From assembly GCF_009914755.1 (NCBI RefSeq), contig NC_060930.1: a stretch of 64,000 nucleotides of DNA. The stretch is one strand, 5' to 3'. The stretch's first letter is position 1; each line of letters starts with the position of its first letter. This DNA comes from the human T2T-CHM13v2.0 reference genome, Homo sapiens. Of this stretch, positions 12,409 to 27,626 are shown in pieces. Both the position numbers and the translations under genes were made by a program. Under the pieces are notes generated by a model, which saw only the letters and a program-made list of their open reading frames with translations, made no database searches and had not been told where the DNA came from.

Positions 12409-12719
12409 GACTGCAATGCAAGTTTAAACCCCAGTGAAGGAGAGAGGGAAGGAAGTTTGGCTGAAAGTATCCTAGACCCAGTGCAGGTTAAGAGAAGTTC
12501 AGTAAGGGTGAGCCCTGGAGCCTCAGTGGGCCTTTAAAGGAGGGACAATCCTGTCTTTGTTTCTCCTCTTCTCTCAATTATTGAATCGAAGAAGCCAATG
12601 GCAAGTATGGTCTGAGAGCAAACGTAGCAATAGATTTCAGGCGGCAACAGCTGGAGCATCATCAGTTGTGCTTCCTCTAGCTGAGGGGCTGGGATGTGCA
12701 TTCTCAAGACTGCCACAAC

Positions 12720-14850
12720 AATCCAGTGGGGAGAAAGGACAAAGGGTAATGATCAAAGAGAAAAAAAGGTATGAACTGATGAACTGATACCTTTAAGTAG
12801 ATGAGAAGGATGATGTTTGGGACACCAGTAGAGGGACTGGCTCTGGCTGGGAGCGGGAAGGTTAACCCACAACAACCATCCATGTGGTAGAAGACCCAGC
12901 ATGCAGTGCAGCTGCAAATGCATGAGCAGATGGAATCTGTGAAATTGTCTTCTAGTGTGTTCAGTTTTCTCAGTGAAGTAGGAAGCAAGGTCATCAGCTG
13001 AAGTAAGAATGCAGATAGAAGGTTGGATGTGTGAGCAGAGAGAAGGTGTGTGAGAGTCACCCAGACCAGTAGGAGGCTGAGGGTGAGCCATGCTTGGAGA
13101 GGGTGATTGCTGGTCGTGGTGGGGGGTCCCCATGAGGTTTGGGTCATGAAGTTAGAGAGAGAAGTCAGCATGCTGTGTGCTGCTTTCCAGCCTCCTTCAG
13201 CTCATGGGGGCAGGTGCAGTGTAGGCAGAGGTGGATTCCACCAGCTGTGTAGTTTTGCCAAACAAGTATGGCAACGCAAGGGAGGGGCAAGGGAGGGATG
13301 GAAATTATTTACAATAGAATTCAAAATGGCTGAAGAGGGAGGAGAGGACATCAAGGGTGAGGGACAGTGAGTAGATGGCAGGATCACTGGATTGGGAATC
13401 CCAGAGTGGGTGGAAGGATTGTTGGAATTGATGTACTACAGGGAAGACTCCAAGCCTGGAAAGCAGGCACATAGGCAATGAGTGGTTCACTGATATTACG
13501 TCACAGCATATGATAAAATGATAGTATAAGTATCCTCAGAGCCTGTGGCCTCCGTGCAAGGGGATGAGTGGAAAGATGGTCAGAGAATGGAAAGTGTGAG
13601 ATAGAGAGTATGGAAGGGCTGGGGTTCTTGGCCATGATGAGACCTAGGACTCTTTAGGGGAGAACAACAACAAAGCAACAGGATCCTGGTGTCAGGGACA
13701 GACCATGGCCATGGCGGGATGATAGCAGCTCTCCTACGAAATAATGCTTATATGACAAGGGCATGAGATTCAGGCAGAGAGAGGAGAAGGTCATGGAGGA
13801 GAGGAGTCCCAGCATCTGAGAAGCCAGAGGGCGATGCATCCTCTCTGCTCTATGGGTGTTTATTGCTGCCATAAAAATTAACACAAAACAAGTGGCTTTA
13901 AACAGCATCTCTTTATCATGTCACAGTCATGTGTGTTACAATTTCAACAGTCTCATGGGGCTAAAATCAAGGTAAGGGGAGGTCTGTGTTCCTTCTGACT
14001 CTGAGGAAAAATCTACTGTCAAGCTCATTCAGGTTCTTGTCTGAATTCACTTCCTTGCAGATAGGACTGAGATCCCCACTTCCTTGCTGGCTCCTGTCCA
14101 GGGGCCACCCTTAGCTCCTAGAGCCCTCTCTCAGTTCCTCACACATATCCCATGCAACATATCCAATCCTCCTGCTTGGAACCTCTGACCTCCCCCTTCT
14201 GCGGTGTCTCCTCTGCCTTCCTCCTCTGCAGCATCTGACTCCAGCCAGAGCAGCTTCTCTGCTTTTAATGGCTTGTGAGATTTGATCGGGCCCACACAGA
14301 TAGTCCAAAATAATCTTGCAATTTTAAGGTCCTTAATCTTCATCACATCAGTATTTTCCCTTTTGCCATGTAATGCAACCTACTCGTGGGTGCCCAGGAT
14401 TGAGATTGGATGTCTTTGGGAACCATTACTCGGCCCATCACATCTGAGTATGTTGAAGTCACCGAGGATCAAGGAGACAGCACTGCTGGAGAGGGCGATA
14501 GTGAACCAGGAACTACAAGAGTCAGGACTGAGAGGAACGGCCTGGGGCCCACAGGGAATGGCTGCAATGAGGGGAGTGGGGCCTGAATCTGATGACAGCT
14601 TTGGGGGCTTAGGAAGGAAGGAGGCAGAAAGGTCTGAGAACCACAGTGAGGAGTGAGGATGCCACCCCACCTCTGGGCCAAGGGTACAAGGTCCCTGTGC
14701 AAACTCCCCCATGTGGGAGGACTTTGGAAGGGACCACATCCTCTGGCAGACACAGACATCGCTGGAGCTGTGAGGTCCAGGAACATCCTGAGACAGGATG
14801 TGGAGGTTTTGCTGATCATGGGCTGAGAATTCCAAGGGGCACAGCGGGAA
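12720..14850 (-). mobile_element. LINE-2 ORF2 remnant, interrupted by an MLT1 LTR (~13855-14437) and a ~105-bp insertion
   Basis: Minus-strand peptides 'SADDLASYFTEKTE', 'AKLHSWWNP' and endonuclease motif 'ILGDFNI' are typical of L2. Confidence 0.8.
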
Positions 14851-15535
14851 GACTTCTGGATTTGGGAATGGGGTATGGGGAGACAAAATAGGGGTGTGCA
14901 GAGCCTTGTGGGGATGTGAATGCAGGGTGTTTGGGGGACCCAGTGTGACTGACACAAACAGGGAAAAGGCATGATGAGCTCAGTCCTGGTGGACTCAAGG
15001 CAGATGATGGTGCTGAGGCTGTGGGAGACGAGGGAGGAGGCTCAGGGGTGGCTTTCACCTGGGCTCTGTCCATGGAGGTGAGGACAGTGAGATAGTTGGG
15101 CCTCAGTGCTGTGTGGACCCTTTCTTGTCTCCCTGATGACTGGATGGAGGGCCTGGAGGAAGAGGGGTCTTAGAGGATTCACTCATGTCCCTGGGGGAGG
15201 GGGACTCACTCCAGGTCTCAGGTCTGCACTGACACATTTGTTTGTGGCTTGGGGCTGCCTGCTATAAACTATTGGGGGTTCGTCCATTTTGGAGTTATAA
15301 CCTAAGGCAGAAACTCAGATGGTTCAAATGTCCTCTTCATGAAGCAATGTTATCAGCGTATAATTTAGATTGTCTTGCAAGAGTCTCATTTGTTGTTTTT
15401 CTAAATGCCTGCCAATATTGTTTGAAAATCTACAAATGTGATAAATGTATCTTCAAAGTTAACTGGTTGCAGGTTGTTTAACCTTATATGTACAGTTTCA
15501 CATATGTATAAAAACAGTAGTTTGGGCCTCTTATA
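14350..15535 (+). ncRNA. HCG26: Probable HCG26 (3.8-1 family) lncRNA region
   Basis: Assigned from its recalled position relative to HCP5 and MICB; boundaries not evident from sequence. Confidence 0.45.
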
Positions 15536-16297
15536 TTCTAATAATTAAGACTTTAAGCTGTGTACACATTGCAATGCAAGTATGCGTCATGCATAACCCT
15601 AGCACTAAGAGTCAAGAGGGAAAGTACCTCTCCCCTAACATTTTACAAAGTTTCTGTGTTCTTTTTCCACTGAGTGGGAACAAGTCAGCTAGTGAGGAAC
15701 ATGAGGCCTTTGGCCTCATCTAAAGATACTTTAGCTACCAATTGTGAGAAGCACTGACCACCGGGAAGGCCTCCCTGCCTGGTTCCTGGACCTCTATACC
15801 ATGGCAGAGGCCATCTTCCCTCCTAGTGCAGAGTGATGTCCCAGGTAGTGACCTGGTTAGCCATTGTCCACTCTCGGGCAGTTTTGCCTTCTAAGACATT
15901 GGTTTTTCTCTGAGGACCTCCCTGTTTTCAGATGATCAAAACTGGGGCCATCCACTCCCTTCTGAACCACCTCTGCCCAGTGGCCTGTGGCTGTGCCCCC
16001 AGTCACAACAGGACACCCCTTCAGAACACGCTGCAGGAAGCCGACATCTCTACACAGGCTCACACATGCACAGTGTGTGCACGGAGCTTTGGTTCTAGTT
16101 CAGGAAGAATGGGAGGAGGCTCACTAGTCCAACAGAGCTTGAGCCCTGTACCAGTGTCATATTCCAGGAGCCAGAGTTACAAGGGATACAAAGTGCCCAG
16201 ACCTACCAGAGAAGGCAAACCCCTACAGCATGCAGGGCTAGACAGGGGCAAGAAACAAGGTCATTCTGGGCCAGCAAGAAGAGGGAAAGGGAAATTA

Positions 16298-17148
16298 CAG
16301 TCATACTTCAGATATATGCAGGTTTGGCTCCAGACCATGGCAACAAAGCAAGTCACACAAATTTTTCAGTTTCCCAGTGCATATAAAAGTTATATTTACA
16401 CTTGACTGTAGTCTCTTAAGTGTACAATAGCATTATGTACAAAATGAACTATGTACATACCTTAATGTAAAACTACTTTATTGCTAAAAAATGCTAACAA
16501 TCACCTGAGGCTTCAGCTAATCCTAACCTTCTTGCTGTGGAGGGTCTTGCCTCAATGTTAATAATTGCTGACTGATCAGAAGGGTGGTTGCTGAAATCGC
16601 TGTGGCAATTTCTTAAAATAACACAACGAAGTTTGCAGCAAGATTATTCTCCTCACTTGGACACTTAGAGGCCATTGTAGGGTTACTAATCGGCCTGCCT
16701 TCAATATTTTTGTGTCTCACAGAATAGGGAAGGCCGGGAGAGAGAGAGAGAGTCAAGAAACCAGCCAGTTGGTGGAGAAGTCACAACATACACAACATTT
16801 ATCAATAAGGTTCACCATTTTATAAGGGTGTGGGTCATGGTGTCCCAAAACAGTTACGAGAGTAACTTCAAAGATCACTGACCACAGGTCACCATACAGG
16901 TGTAATAATGAACAAGGTTGAAATACTTCAAGAATTACCAAAATGTGACACAGAGACATGAAGTGAGCACATGCTGTTGGAAAAATGGTGCCAAATAGAC
17001 CTGCTTGACACAGGGTTGCCACAAACATTCGGTCTATAAATAAAAAAGCAAGAAAAAAGAAAGAAAGATGGAAAGAAAGAAAAAGCAAAGGAAAAAATGC
17101 AGTGTCAGCAAACAGTAATAAAGGAAAGCACAGTGGAAGGTGCACCTG
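16298..17148 (-). mobile_element. Internally deleted Tigger1 DNA transposon
   Basis: Both termini present (ta|cagtcatacttc... and ...ggtgcacctg|ca); internal 'tttgtggcaaccctgtgtcaagc...ccatttttccaacagcatgtgctcacttc' on minus strand. Confidence 0.85.
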
Positions 17149-17679
17149 CAAAGGGGAAATCAGCACTGAAGCAAAGTCAGGAAAAGCTTTCAAGTCAGAT
17201 GGGCCTGGACCTGGGCATGAACCCTCCAGGTCCTCCCACCAGCCAGCTGAAGAGGCCTGAGCACATCTGACCCAGAGCTGGCCCCGACAGACACTTGCCC
17301 AGTGAGTGAGTGCTGAATGAAACCATCTGAGCCAGTTTCCTCATCTGCAAACCAGTGACATAATTCCTGCCTTGCAGAGTTTCAGAAGAATAAGTGAGAA
17401 AAGACACAGTGCCAAGAGAAACAGACACAAGACCTGTGGCGGGCTGGACACCAGGGCTCTAAAGCAAGTTCTGCCTAAACTGGCAAGAACATTTTTCAGG
17501 TCAGGAACAGGAGTTGTTCTGGATTCTGTCTGGGGTCAGGCTGGGAGGGAGCTGGGGGTGGCAGAGTAGGATGGGGGCAAGGGCTGTGGCAGGGCCTGGC
17601 ACTGAAGTGAGGCCAAAGCCTGGAGAGAGTGGCTCCTGGTGGCTTTTGGGCAGCTCACGCAACTCCCTGCCTCACCCAC

Positions 17680-17900
17680 TGTGTGAGTCAGCGTTCTCTA
17701 GAGGAGCAGAACTAATAGGATGTATGTACATATGTAAGGGAGTTTATTAAGGAGAATTGACTCACACGATCACAAGGTGAAGTCCCACGACAGACCGTCT
17801 GCAAGTTGAGGTGCAAGAAAGCCAGTGATGGATCAGTCCAAGTCCCAAAACCTCAAAAGTAGGGAAGCTGACAGTGCAGCCTTCAGTCTGTGGCCAAAGG
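17680..17900 (-). mobile_element. MLT2 LTR fragment
   Basis: 'ttctctagaggagcagaactaatagga...gactcacacgatcacaaggtgaagtcccac'. Confidence 0.75.
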
Positions 17901-18699
17901 TGTTTGGCTGCAGATTCCAGGACAGGACCTTCTTGTCCTCTGCAGTGACCCCCCACCTCGCCTGACTATATCTGTCCAACTTGATGGTGCCACCGAGGGT
18001 TCTGATGCAGGGAAGGAGCTGTGTGCTCTGTGTGGGAGGATGCCTTCTGCCTTTCTAGCTGGGCCTCAGGTCAGGGCTATGAGCCTGAGCAGGGAGAGGA
18101 GATGGAAGGGAGATGGCCTTGGAGCAAACGTCTGCCCCTGCCAGTGCATCCCGTAGGTATCATCCCATCCACCAGTGCCTTGGCAGGACCCCACTCACTC
18201 AACCCTCCCCCTGGTGGTAGTCCCTGGTGGTGCCTCCTCAGGACCTCCTGCCTCCAGCCGCACAAATCCCCAAGAATGGCACGTGGGTACAAGGGTGTTG
18301 GGAAGTGTCATCCTCCAGTGCTGACTTGAGTGTGTGTGTGTGGCTGCACACGTGTGTGCATGTGTGCACAAGTGGGAATTGGAGTGTGTGTACACGTGTG
18401 TAAGTGTGAGTGTGAGAGTGGAGCATGAATGTGCAGGTGCCCACAGGCAGCAGTTGGGGTGCCAGTGTCCTCACTCCTGCCTGCTTTCCTTTCTCTCCAA
18501 AACGTGACCACACAGCAACTTAGTGACTATCTAGATTTAAGTCTATCAAACAGAAGGGAAACACAACTAGGATTCCTGTAGTGTAGGGAAGGGAAATGCC
18601 TAGCCCAGCTCTCTGATTCCCCTTTTAATGGGTTTGAGCTGCAATATGGGTGCAGAAGAGCCTCCCACAGCGCCACTGGTGGTGGAGGAAATAGCCCCT

Positions 18700-19038
18700 C
18701 TCATTGGCCCATTTTCACGCTGCTGATAAAGACATACTGGGAAGAAAAAGAGGTTTAATTGGACTTACAATTCCACATGGCTGGGGAGGCCTCAGAATCA
18801 TGGCGGCAGGTGAAAGGCACTTCTTACATGGCAGTGGCAAGAGAAAATGAGGAGGAAGCAAAAGCGGAAACCCCTGATAAACCCATTAGATCTCGTGAGA
18901 CTATCACAAGAATACCACGGGAAAAACTGGCCCCAGTGATTCAGTTACCTCCCCCTGGGTCCCTCCCACAACATGTGGGAATTCTGGGAGATACCATTCA
19001 AGTTGAGATTCGAATGGGGACACAGCCAAACCGTATCA
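18700..19038 (-). mobile_element. THE1 solo LTR
   Basis: 'ttttcacgctgctgataaagacatac...acacagccaaaccgtatca'. Confidence 0.85.
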
Positions 19039-22000
19039 CTGGATGAGAGCAATTAGATTGATGTCATGATGTATATGGGTCCATGGGAACTTGAAAAAGT
19101 CTTCCCCTTCCACCTAGTTTAACAAGATAAACAGGAAAGGAACTTCCCTTAAGGGAAGATATTGACTCTATCCCTGAAATTAAATCACAAGAAAATAAGA
19201 AATGCATGAGATCTAAACTAAGCCATTTGGGTAAACTGTCTCAGAATTTAAAGCATCAGCAGTCACAAGCTATCAGTATCAGTGACGATTCTTTCACTCC
19301 ATGGTCTAGTCCAACGAGACTGGTCAGGGCTTGCCGCCTGCTCCTCGGTGCTGTCCTGGTACTTTGAAAGTATCTGTGATTCTGTGAACTGCACCCCCAG
19401 CTGCCCAACAACTTCCCTTTGCTGATCTGAGCCAGACTCTGCTTTTATGGCTTACACCCAAATAATTCAAGTTATTTTAAAAAAATAATAATAAATCAAG
19501 TTATTCATTTATGAGTTATACAGTCCCATGTGGGGAAAGGGAAGGAGAGTGAGGTAATACTCAATTTTACTACCTGCTATGCATTTATAAGTGAGATACT
19601 TCTTTTTAAAGTCATATTTTTGGATTAGAACAAACTCTGGTATATTTAAGTAAATTCCCTGAAGAATGTGAACACCGTAAGCAGGTGAGTGCATTATTCT
19701 CTGCTTCCCCTCCACAGAGCTGTGGTTCACTCTCCTCCATCCTGCCCCCTGCACTGGGGGCACCACAGAGACAGCACGGCCTGTGCTCCTGCACCACCTG
19801 CTTCTGCTTGGGTGTGGATGATAACAGGCACCTGCAGGAGATGGGAGCGTGGGGGGAGAAGTAACTCAGGGTTTTCACTTCCCTCACTCCCTTTGGACAG
19901 CTCTGCGGTTCTGTAATCATTGCCGTCCTCTACCTACAGCCACAGGCCTGCGGGGCTGCCCCTAGTGAAAGCTACAGATTTCCGTGAGTTCTGGAAACTG
20001 CTCCCTCTTCCTTGTTCTTTCAACTCAGAGATGGAAACAGTTTCCTGCCACTGATCATCCCAGGGAGCTTCAGCACCCCTTGTGGCTTTCTTAGGCCTGC
20101 CAGCACCTCTGTAATGTGTGTCTTCTTTCTTTGTCATCTCTTTCCTGCCAGGACCCTGACTGTCCCACAGAAGAAGTGACAAGAATTTATTTATGACATG
20201 ACAATAACACATGTATTCATGGTGTTAATTCGATTTGTTTCATAGAGACAGCGTCTTGCTATGTTGCCCAGGCTGGTCTTCAACTCCTGGCCTCAAGCAA
20301 TCCCCCTGACTTGGCCTTCCAAAGTGCTAGCATTACAGGTGTGAGCCATTGTGCCCAGCCCTTAACTTGAAAATCTGACAGTATAATAAAAGAAAAAAAT
20401 AGAAGTATTCTGGAAATGGAAGAGGAAAGAAGGCTAAGGTGGAAATCATCAATCTGTGTCATCTGAGAAGCCCCACGTGCAGAGGCTGTCCCGGGACTTT
20501 AGGGGAGAACAAAAACAAAGCACCCAGGATCCTGGTGTCAGGGACAGAGCATGGCCACGGCGGAATGGTAGTGGCTCTCCTATGAAATAATGCTCATAAA
20601 CATCCCTTGTGAGAAGGATCAGATCAACATATAAAAATATGCCAAATAAAGTGAAACTCAAGGCAGGAGTGGGACTGGCCATTCTCAGCCCGCGACCTCC
20701 ATGGACTTGGAGAAAGGCTCAGCCTGGAGATGTGTGAGGCCTCCGACCTGGAGCAGCACCCGCCCCTAAAGACCAGGCACAAATCCCAGCACATGGAGGG
20801 ATCCAGACAAATACACAAGAGATGACCACAGCAGGAGCTTTACTGAGCACAGAGCGAGGCCGCACACCACTCAGCTCCTGCCCCTCCACCTGCCCTTCTC
20901 TCCCCACCTGCCCCTGCCCCAGCACAGCAGATCCTCAGAATCCAAAAAGAGAACCTAACTTCCATGTTTTATTAATGGCTTATAATATTTTATCACATCT
21001 TCAGAAAACACTATGCAGAAGATAACTGTAGAGCAAGACATCTATTTAGGGTGAGTGAGTCACAGTGGAGATCTGGGAGGGAGACCCTGTAACCCTTTCA
21101 TTCCAAGAAAAGAAAGGTCGATCCAAAGAAGGGGACCCCAGGCCTGGATATTGGGATTACATGAAAGGGGTTCTGGGGCATCAGGGGAATGGGTCCCTCT
21201 CCCTACATCCTCCCGGGGCTGTGCTTGGGAGGACAGCAGCTGGGGGAAGAAAAGTCGGGGTCCACAGAGATATAAGGGGGCTGAGAACTATCTGTGTCTT
21301 GCTTCTTGCTGGTCTGCACAAGGCAGCTCTCAAACTGTGGAGAACATGGTAATGACCAGATCCCGCTCAGCCGCTCTCAGCCTTTACACCTAGAGCATTA
21401 TGGGCAGCCCATCACCATCCCCTACCTTCAAATCCAAAGATCCGTACAGCCCAAAGCTGCTCCCTGGCCTCAACTCCTGTTGGCATCAGGCCCCAAGGAA
21501 GCTGTGAGCACGTCTGCCTGGGACCCTGTCACCATCTGGAGAATGACAATAAAGGGGACCCAGCAGCCTGCAGGAGGCTGTATTTGAGGCAGGACCATGG
21601 GATGGGTGAGGCACAGGACTGTGGCTCCATCCTCTCTATTTGAGGAGTTAGAGATGAGCTGCCTCTGCCACCCCTTCCATGGTGATATTTCTAGAGTACA
21701 CCCCTGTGCTGAAATTCTTATGAGGAAAGAGACCTGATGAGATGCTATGGTGAAGAGGGGCCATAAGGGTCTTGAATACCAAGTTAATTTTGCTACCAGC
21801 TGAGATTAGGAAGTGAAGCCCAGGACCCAGGAGAGGAGGAGGAGGAGATAACACAGGACCCTGTGATCACTCTCCTGGCCATCTGTGTACAGTGAGACGC
21901 TTCCCTTCGGGGTTGGGAGCACCCAGTGTCATGGTCCTGAGTGTTGCTACCCTGCTGTTCTCATCTGTGAATGCAGCCAGACCACTTTCTTCCTCTGATA

Positions 22001-24770
22001 TAAATAACTTGGAGGATCTGTCACCAGACACCTCATATCTACATATTAATAAATTCTGTACGGTGGTTTGGCTTAATGTTTTATATGTTATAAGAAATAA
22101 GCAAAACATAGGGATGATATTTTTAGTAAAGGTATTTCAGGGTATATGAGAATCAGATTCCTAGGGCCCTGTGTACCTCATCTTGCTGTTTAAAGTCCTC
22201 ATGGAGGATCAGTGGAGTGCAGAGCCCAGAAATCATCCTGAAGGCTGAAGCTCCCTGGTGAAAAGGACCCTCTCCTGCACCCTGGGGCTCAGAGGGAACA
22301 ACAAAGCTCCCTCCCAGGGTCTCCAGCCTCTGGCCTATACTGTCAGCCTGCACTTTCTTGGCCTTCCTGGCTGCTAATATTCCAGTTCCCAGCAGCCTCC
22401 TCTCTCACCCTTCACCTCTTCTGACTGGGTGCGAATGGTAACTAGACCAGGCAGTGCCCTCCTTGTCAGTCTGCCTGTCTGCCTGGTTCCCTCTCAGAGT
22501 TTGTGTCTTCACTCGGTTCATCATCCCCAGCCCCAGCAGGAACAGGGAGAAGTGACTTGGCAAATGCCCCACTCAAAATGGGATCCCTCAACCAGAGACC
22601 ACTTGTGAAAGTCAGTTTTCCCTGACTAAAGAAACAGGACATTTACCCTGTTAGAAGTTGATGTCTGCCAGAGACCTCCACCTGGGAAATGCTGGTTCAT
22701 GGCAGGGTCTCTCTTTTAGTAAAGGGAAAAATTCCTGGCTAATTGATAGCTAATAAGTCATTTAGAATCCAGTTCATGTAAAAGGATTACCTACTTAAAG
22801 GATTAACTCCATTATAATAAGGACACACATCCCACACCGCACATCCAATGTCATTTGTGAGATTGCTTTGATTCGCTCATGTAGAATGTTACTCTGCTGC
22901 TTTGCAGAGAGGCTTGCCACACATTTCAAATCTCTGCTCCTCATTTCACACCATCTGGCTCATGAGGTGAAGGTGATGAGAAGTGTCTTCAGACAATACT
23001 CCGAGGTTTGTCTATCAGAGTCATAGTCATATATTACATATAGAGATTATTTTCTTAGAAGTTGTAATTTATTGATATGTATTTTACTCATGGCATAGAT
23101 AGATACTATCCAACAATTCGTTTTTATTACCTCTACATTACACTGCTTAGGTAGCCACTACTGGTACCTCTGCATTTTCTTTCTTGTATGTGACATTAAT
23201 GTATAAGATTGTATGTACATGGTGGCTTGGTTTCCAGGAATTGCTGATTAGGTAATTTAGACCATTCCTTCCACTGAGTACAATGGGAAAAGGAGGAAAA
23301 CATACATATTTGAAAAATCTGGTTGAGCAAATGGATGGGCTAACAAAGCAGTGAAGATTTGCCTGGCCAGGAACCAGGAGAGGGGAGAAATCCAGAAGAG
23401 CAACTTGAGCTGTGGGGCTGCTTTTGTGGATCAGAGGCAGTAACACCTGCTCCCTGGCCAGAAGCCAACTTCCAGGATTCAGGACTCAGAATTCAGAACT
23501 TAGACGGTCCCTTGGTCTCTCTAGAATTCAGTGCTCATTTAGACCGGGCTAAGACCCTCACACTCAATGGCTGGAGGATCCAAGCTTATGGCATGACTGC
23601 CTCTGGAGCATTTCATGCTAGAGAGATCCCAACAGGTGTAGGTAAATGGTCTAGAGGGTACTAGCCGGGCTTCCATGGAACTCTGTGTAAGGCACTTCCC
23701 TGTGTTGTTACTCATGTTGGCCATGTCCTCGGGAATTTAGTGGAACGGCCATGTCGTCTTGAGTGGAAGTGAGGACGGTGAGGTGGTCCCTGGGCAGTCA
23801 GAGATTTTGTGTCCCTGCGTCCTTTCCTTCCATCTCAACCAGAGACCACTTGTGAAAGCCCAAGAACAAATGTCATTAAATGTCTGAGGCGAATCCAAGA
23901 CCACCGATCCATTGCGCCCAGGAGCCTTGGGCCATGTAGCCCAGCAGTAGTGAGGTCTGTGAGGCCTTGGTCACCCCCAAAGTGTTGCCCCAAGAGGAGC
24001 TGCCGCTCGTTGCCATCAGGCACCTCAGGAGCTGGACATGGTATTCATTATAATTTCTGATGAGGAACTAGAGAGGTCTCATAGCATATAGACCTTGATC
24101 AAATTGGGTCATGGTGGAGTCAGGCAAAACTCTGCAATGACTCACAGGTACCTAAGTATAAAACAAAGTCTCAACTCAGAGCATCCATCAGAGCTTCAGG
24201 CTCAGTAGTCATTCCTTTATGCTGTTGCTGTGTTTGTACTGTGATAACTGGTGCTTGAAGGGAGGACATATAGTTACATGTTGCGGGAAAACACATGTCA
24301 TTAGAAAACTTGGCATGATTTAGGGACCATTGCCTTTTCCATGGTAGATGTGGGACTCTCTGTCATCTTCACCCTGTTGTTCCAAGTGCAGAAGAGAGAG
24401 CTTCTTCCTGCTTTCAGCTGCGTGACTGACAACGGAAGCTGGAATTCAGAGAATCAGTGGCAGCCTCTGTCTCTCCAGGCCCCAACCCTGCAGGTTTAAG
24501 GAATGGACTTAGGTCTCTGGCACTTTGTTCTCAACACACATTTTCCTTCACTCATTCAGAAAAAAAATAATAATAATAGAAAATGAACCAAAGGCTGCAA
24601 TTCTCATGGCACCTAGAGAACTGGAGTACGGACCAAGGTTGCCACATGCCTGTCATTGCTCCACCACACTCGGTTGCCGTGTGACCTCGGGAGAAGCTCT
24701 CTACCACTAGGGACTTTTAAACTCATCTGTGAATCCTGGATAAACACAGACATTCCGGTAACCTTACTGA

Positions 24771-25108
<338 letters not shown>

Positions 25109-25908
25109 GCAGAAACAGAAAAATTTAGGTGATGGCCTTTACTCCTAGACAGGGCTTTTTTAGGAACATGCACCTTAAAAGTAGGAGGAAAACATAATGC
25201 CAGCAACACCCTGCCTAAAAGCCCCTTTAGTGATGATAATTATCATTCATCTTTCTATAAAAGCACAGCAAGACTTTCTACCTCAATATCTCAAATCAGT
25301 TAAATATATCTTCTGATCATATACCAGTGTGGACCCACATGTTTTGCTCCAAGTGAAAATGAAAAGGAATGAGAACATCTCCACCTTTGTGTGGTGACCA
25401 TGGGACCACGGAGGCTTGGAAGCCAGCCTACATCTGCCCAAACTCTACATCACCTGCCATTGTCAATTTTCAATCTATCCGTTCTATGCTTTGGAATCCT
25501 ACATAATTCATACTCTTGAAAAATCTCATTTTCATATGTAGGGCAGGGTAGAAAAGGTGATATCTCTGTTTTAATTTGCTAAGACTTCCATAATAAAGTG
25601 GCACAGACTGGGTAAGTTAAACAGTAGAAATGTATTATCTCCCAGTTCTGGAGGCTACAGGTCCACGATGGAATGTATTGCAGGGCTGACTGCTCCTGAG
25701 GCCTGTCTCTGGCTTACAGATGGCCATCTTCTCCCTCTATCTTGTCAACATTGGCCTCAAAATATGTGTACAGGGACACAGTTTAGCCCATAAGAGTCTG
25801 CGCCATCCTTGGCGGTGCATATTATAAGAAATAAAAGAGAATACAACCCTTTGGCTGGACTCTGTTGATATTTTGAAATGTTGGTCTTGCAATAAGAACA
25901 CCACCAAA

Positions 25909-26365
<457 letters not shown>

Positions 26366-26539
26366 TTAACTGGGAAAAGGATTCTCTTTCAGGAAAGCAA
26401 CCACTTCTGATGCTATTTAGGTATTATTCTCCTTATACTTATAGGAGAAAAAATTGATGTTAATGAACAGGAAATATTTGCCAAATTATCACACAAATAA
26501 TTTTTGTATCATTTTAAAATACTCCTTATTGTACTGAGC

Positions 26540-27020
26540 TTGTTGGTATTTTAATAAAAATTATTGGCACATAATATTTATACATACTTTGGGGTACACA
26601 TAATATTTTCATGCATGTGTAGAATGTGAAATGATTGAGTCAGGATATTTAGGATACTCATCACCTCAAGCATTTATCAGTTATTTGTGTTGGGTGAATT
26701 TCAAATCCACTCTTATAGCTATTGTGAAATACACAATACATTGTTGTTAACTACAGCCAGCCTGCTGTGCTATCGAATATTAGAATTTATTCCTCCTATT
26801 TAACTGTATCTTTGTACCCATTAAGCTACCTCGTTTTATCTCCCAGATCCCCCACACACCCTTCCCAGCTTCTGGTAACTATTATTCTGCTCTCCACCTC
26901 CATAAGATCAACTTTTTTTCAGTCCTCACATGTGAGTGAGAACATGTGATATTTGTCTTTCTTTGCCTGGTCTATTTCACTTAACATACTGACCTCCAGT
27001 TCCATCCATGTTGCTGCTAG
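26540..27020 (-). mobile_element. L1MA-type 3' end
   Basis: 'gtgagtgagaacatgtgatatttgtctttc...ccagttccatccatgttgctgc'. Confidence 0.75.
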
Positions 27021-27257
27021 TTATTATGAGGTAGTTCTAGCTGGAAGAATAGAGAATTAAAAGAAATCTTTGTGAAGCCCCTACCCAGGTTTGTCAATTT
27101 GTAACATTTTAATATTATTGGCTATATGTAGTATACATAGAAAATAATAGAAATATATGCAGATAGCCCTGATTCTCCACAGTTCTGTTATGTATGTGTT
27201 TCCACTGAAACACATACAGTACAGTACTCTATGTACTGTACAGTACTACTGTACTGA

Positions 27258-27626
<369 letters not shown>

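Noticed and set aside
14380-14955. 191-aa minus-strand ORF with ILGDFN
   Set aside because: LINE-2 endonuclease remnant, not a host gene.
15060-15125. Minus-strand 'GPHS-LRPNYLTVL' resembling the start of MIC exon 2 ([12 protein letters not shown])
   Set aside because: Needs a frameshift, the upstream sequence is purine-rich, and downstream alpha1 motifs are absent. It cannot be separated from chance without a profile search.
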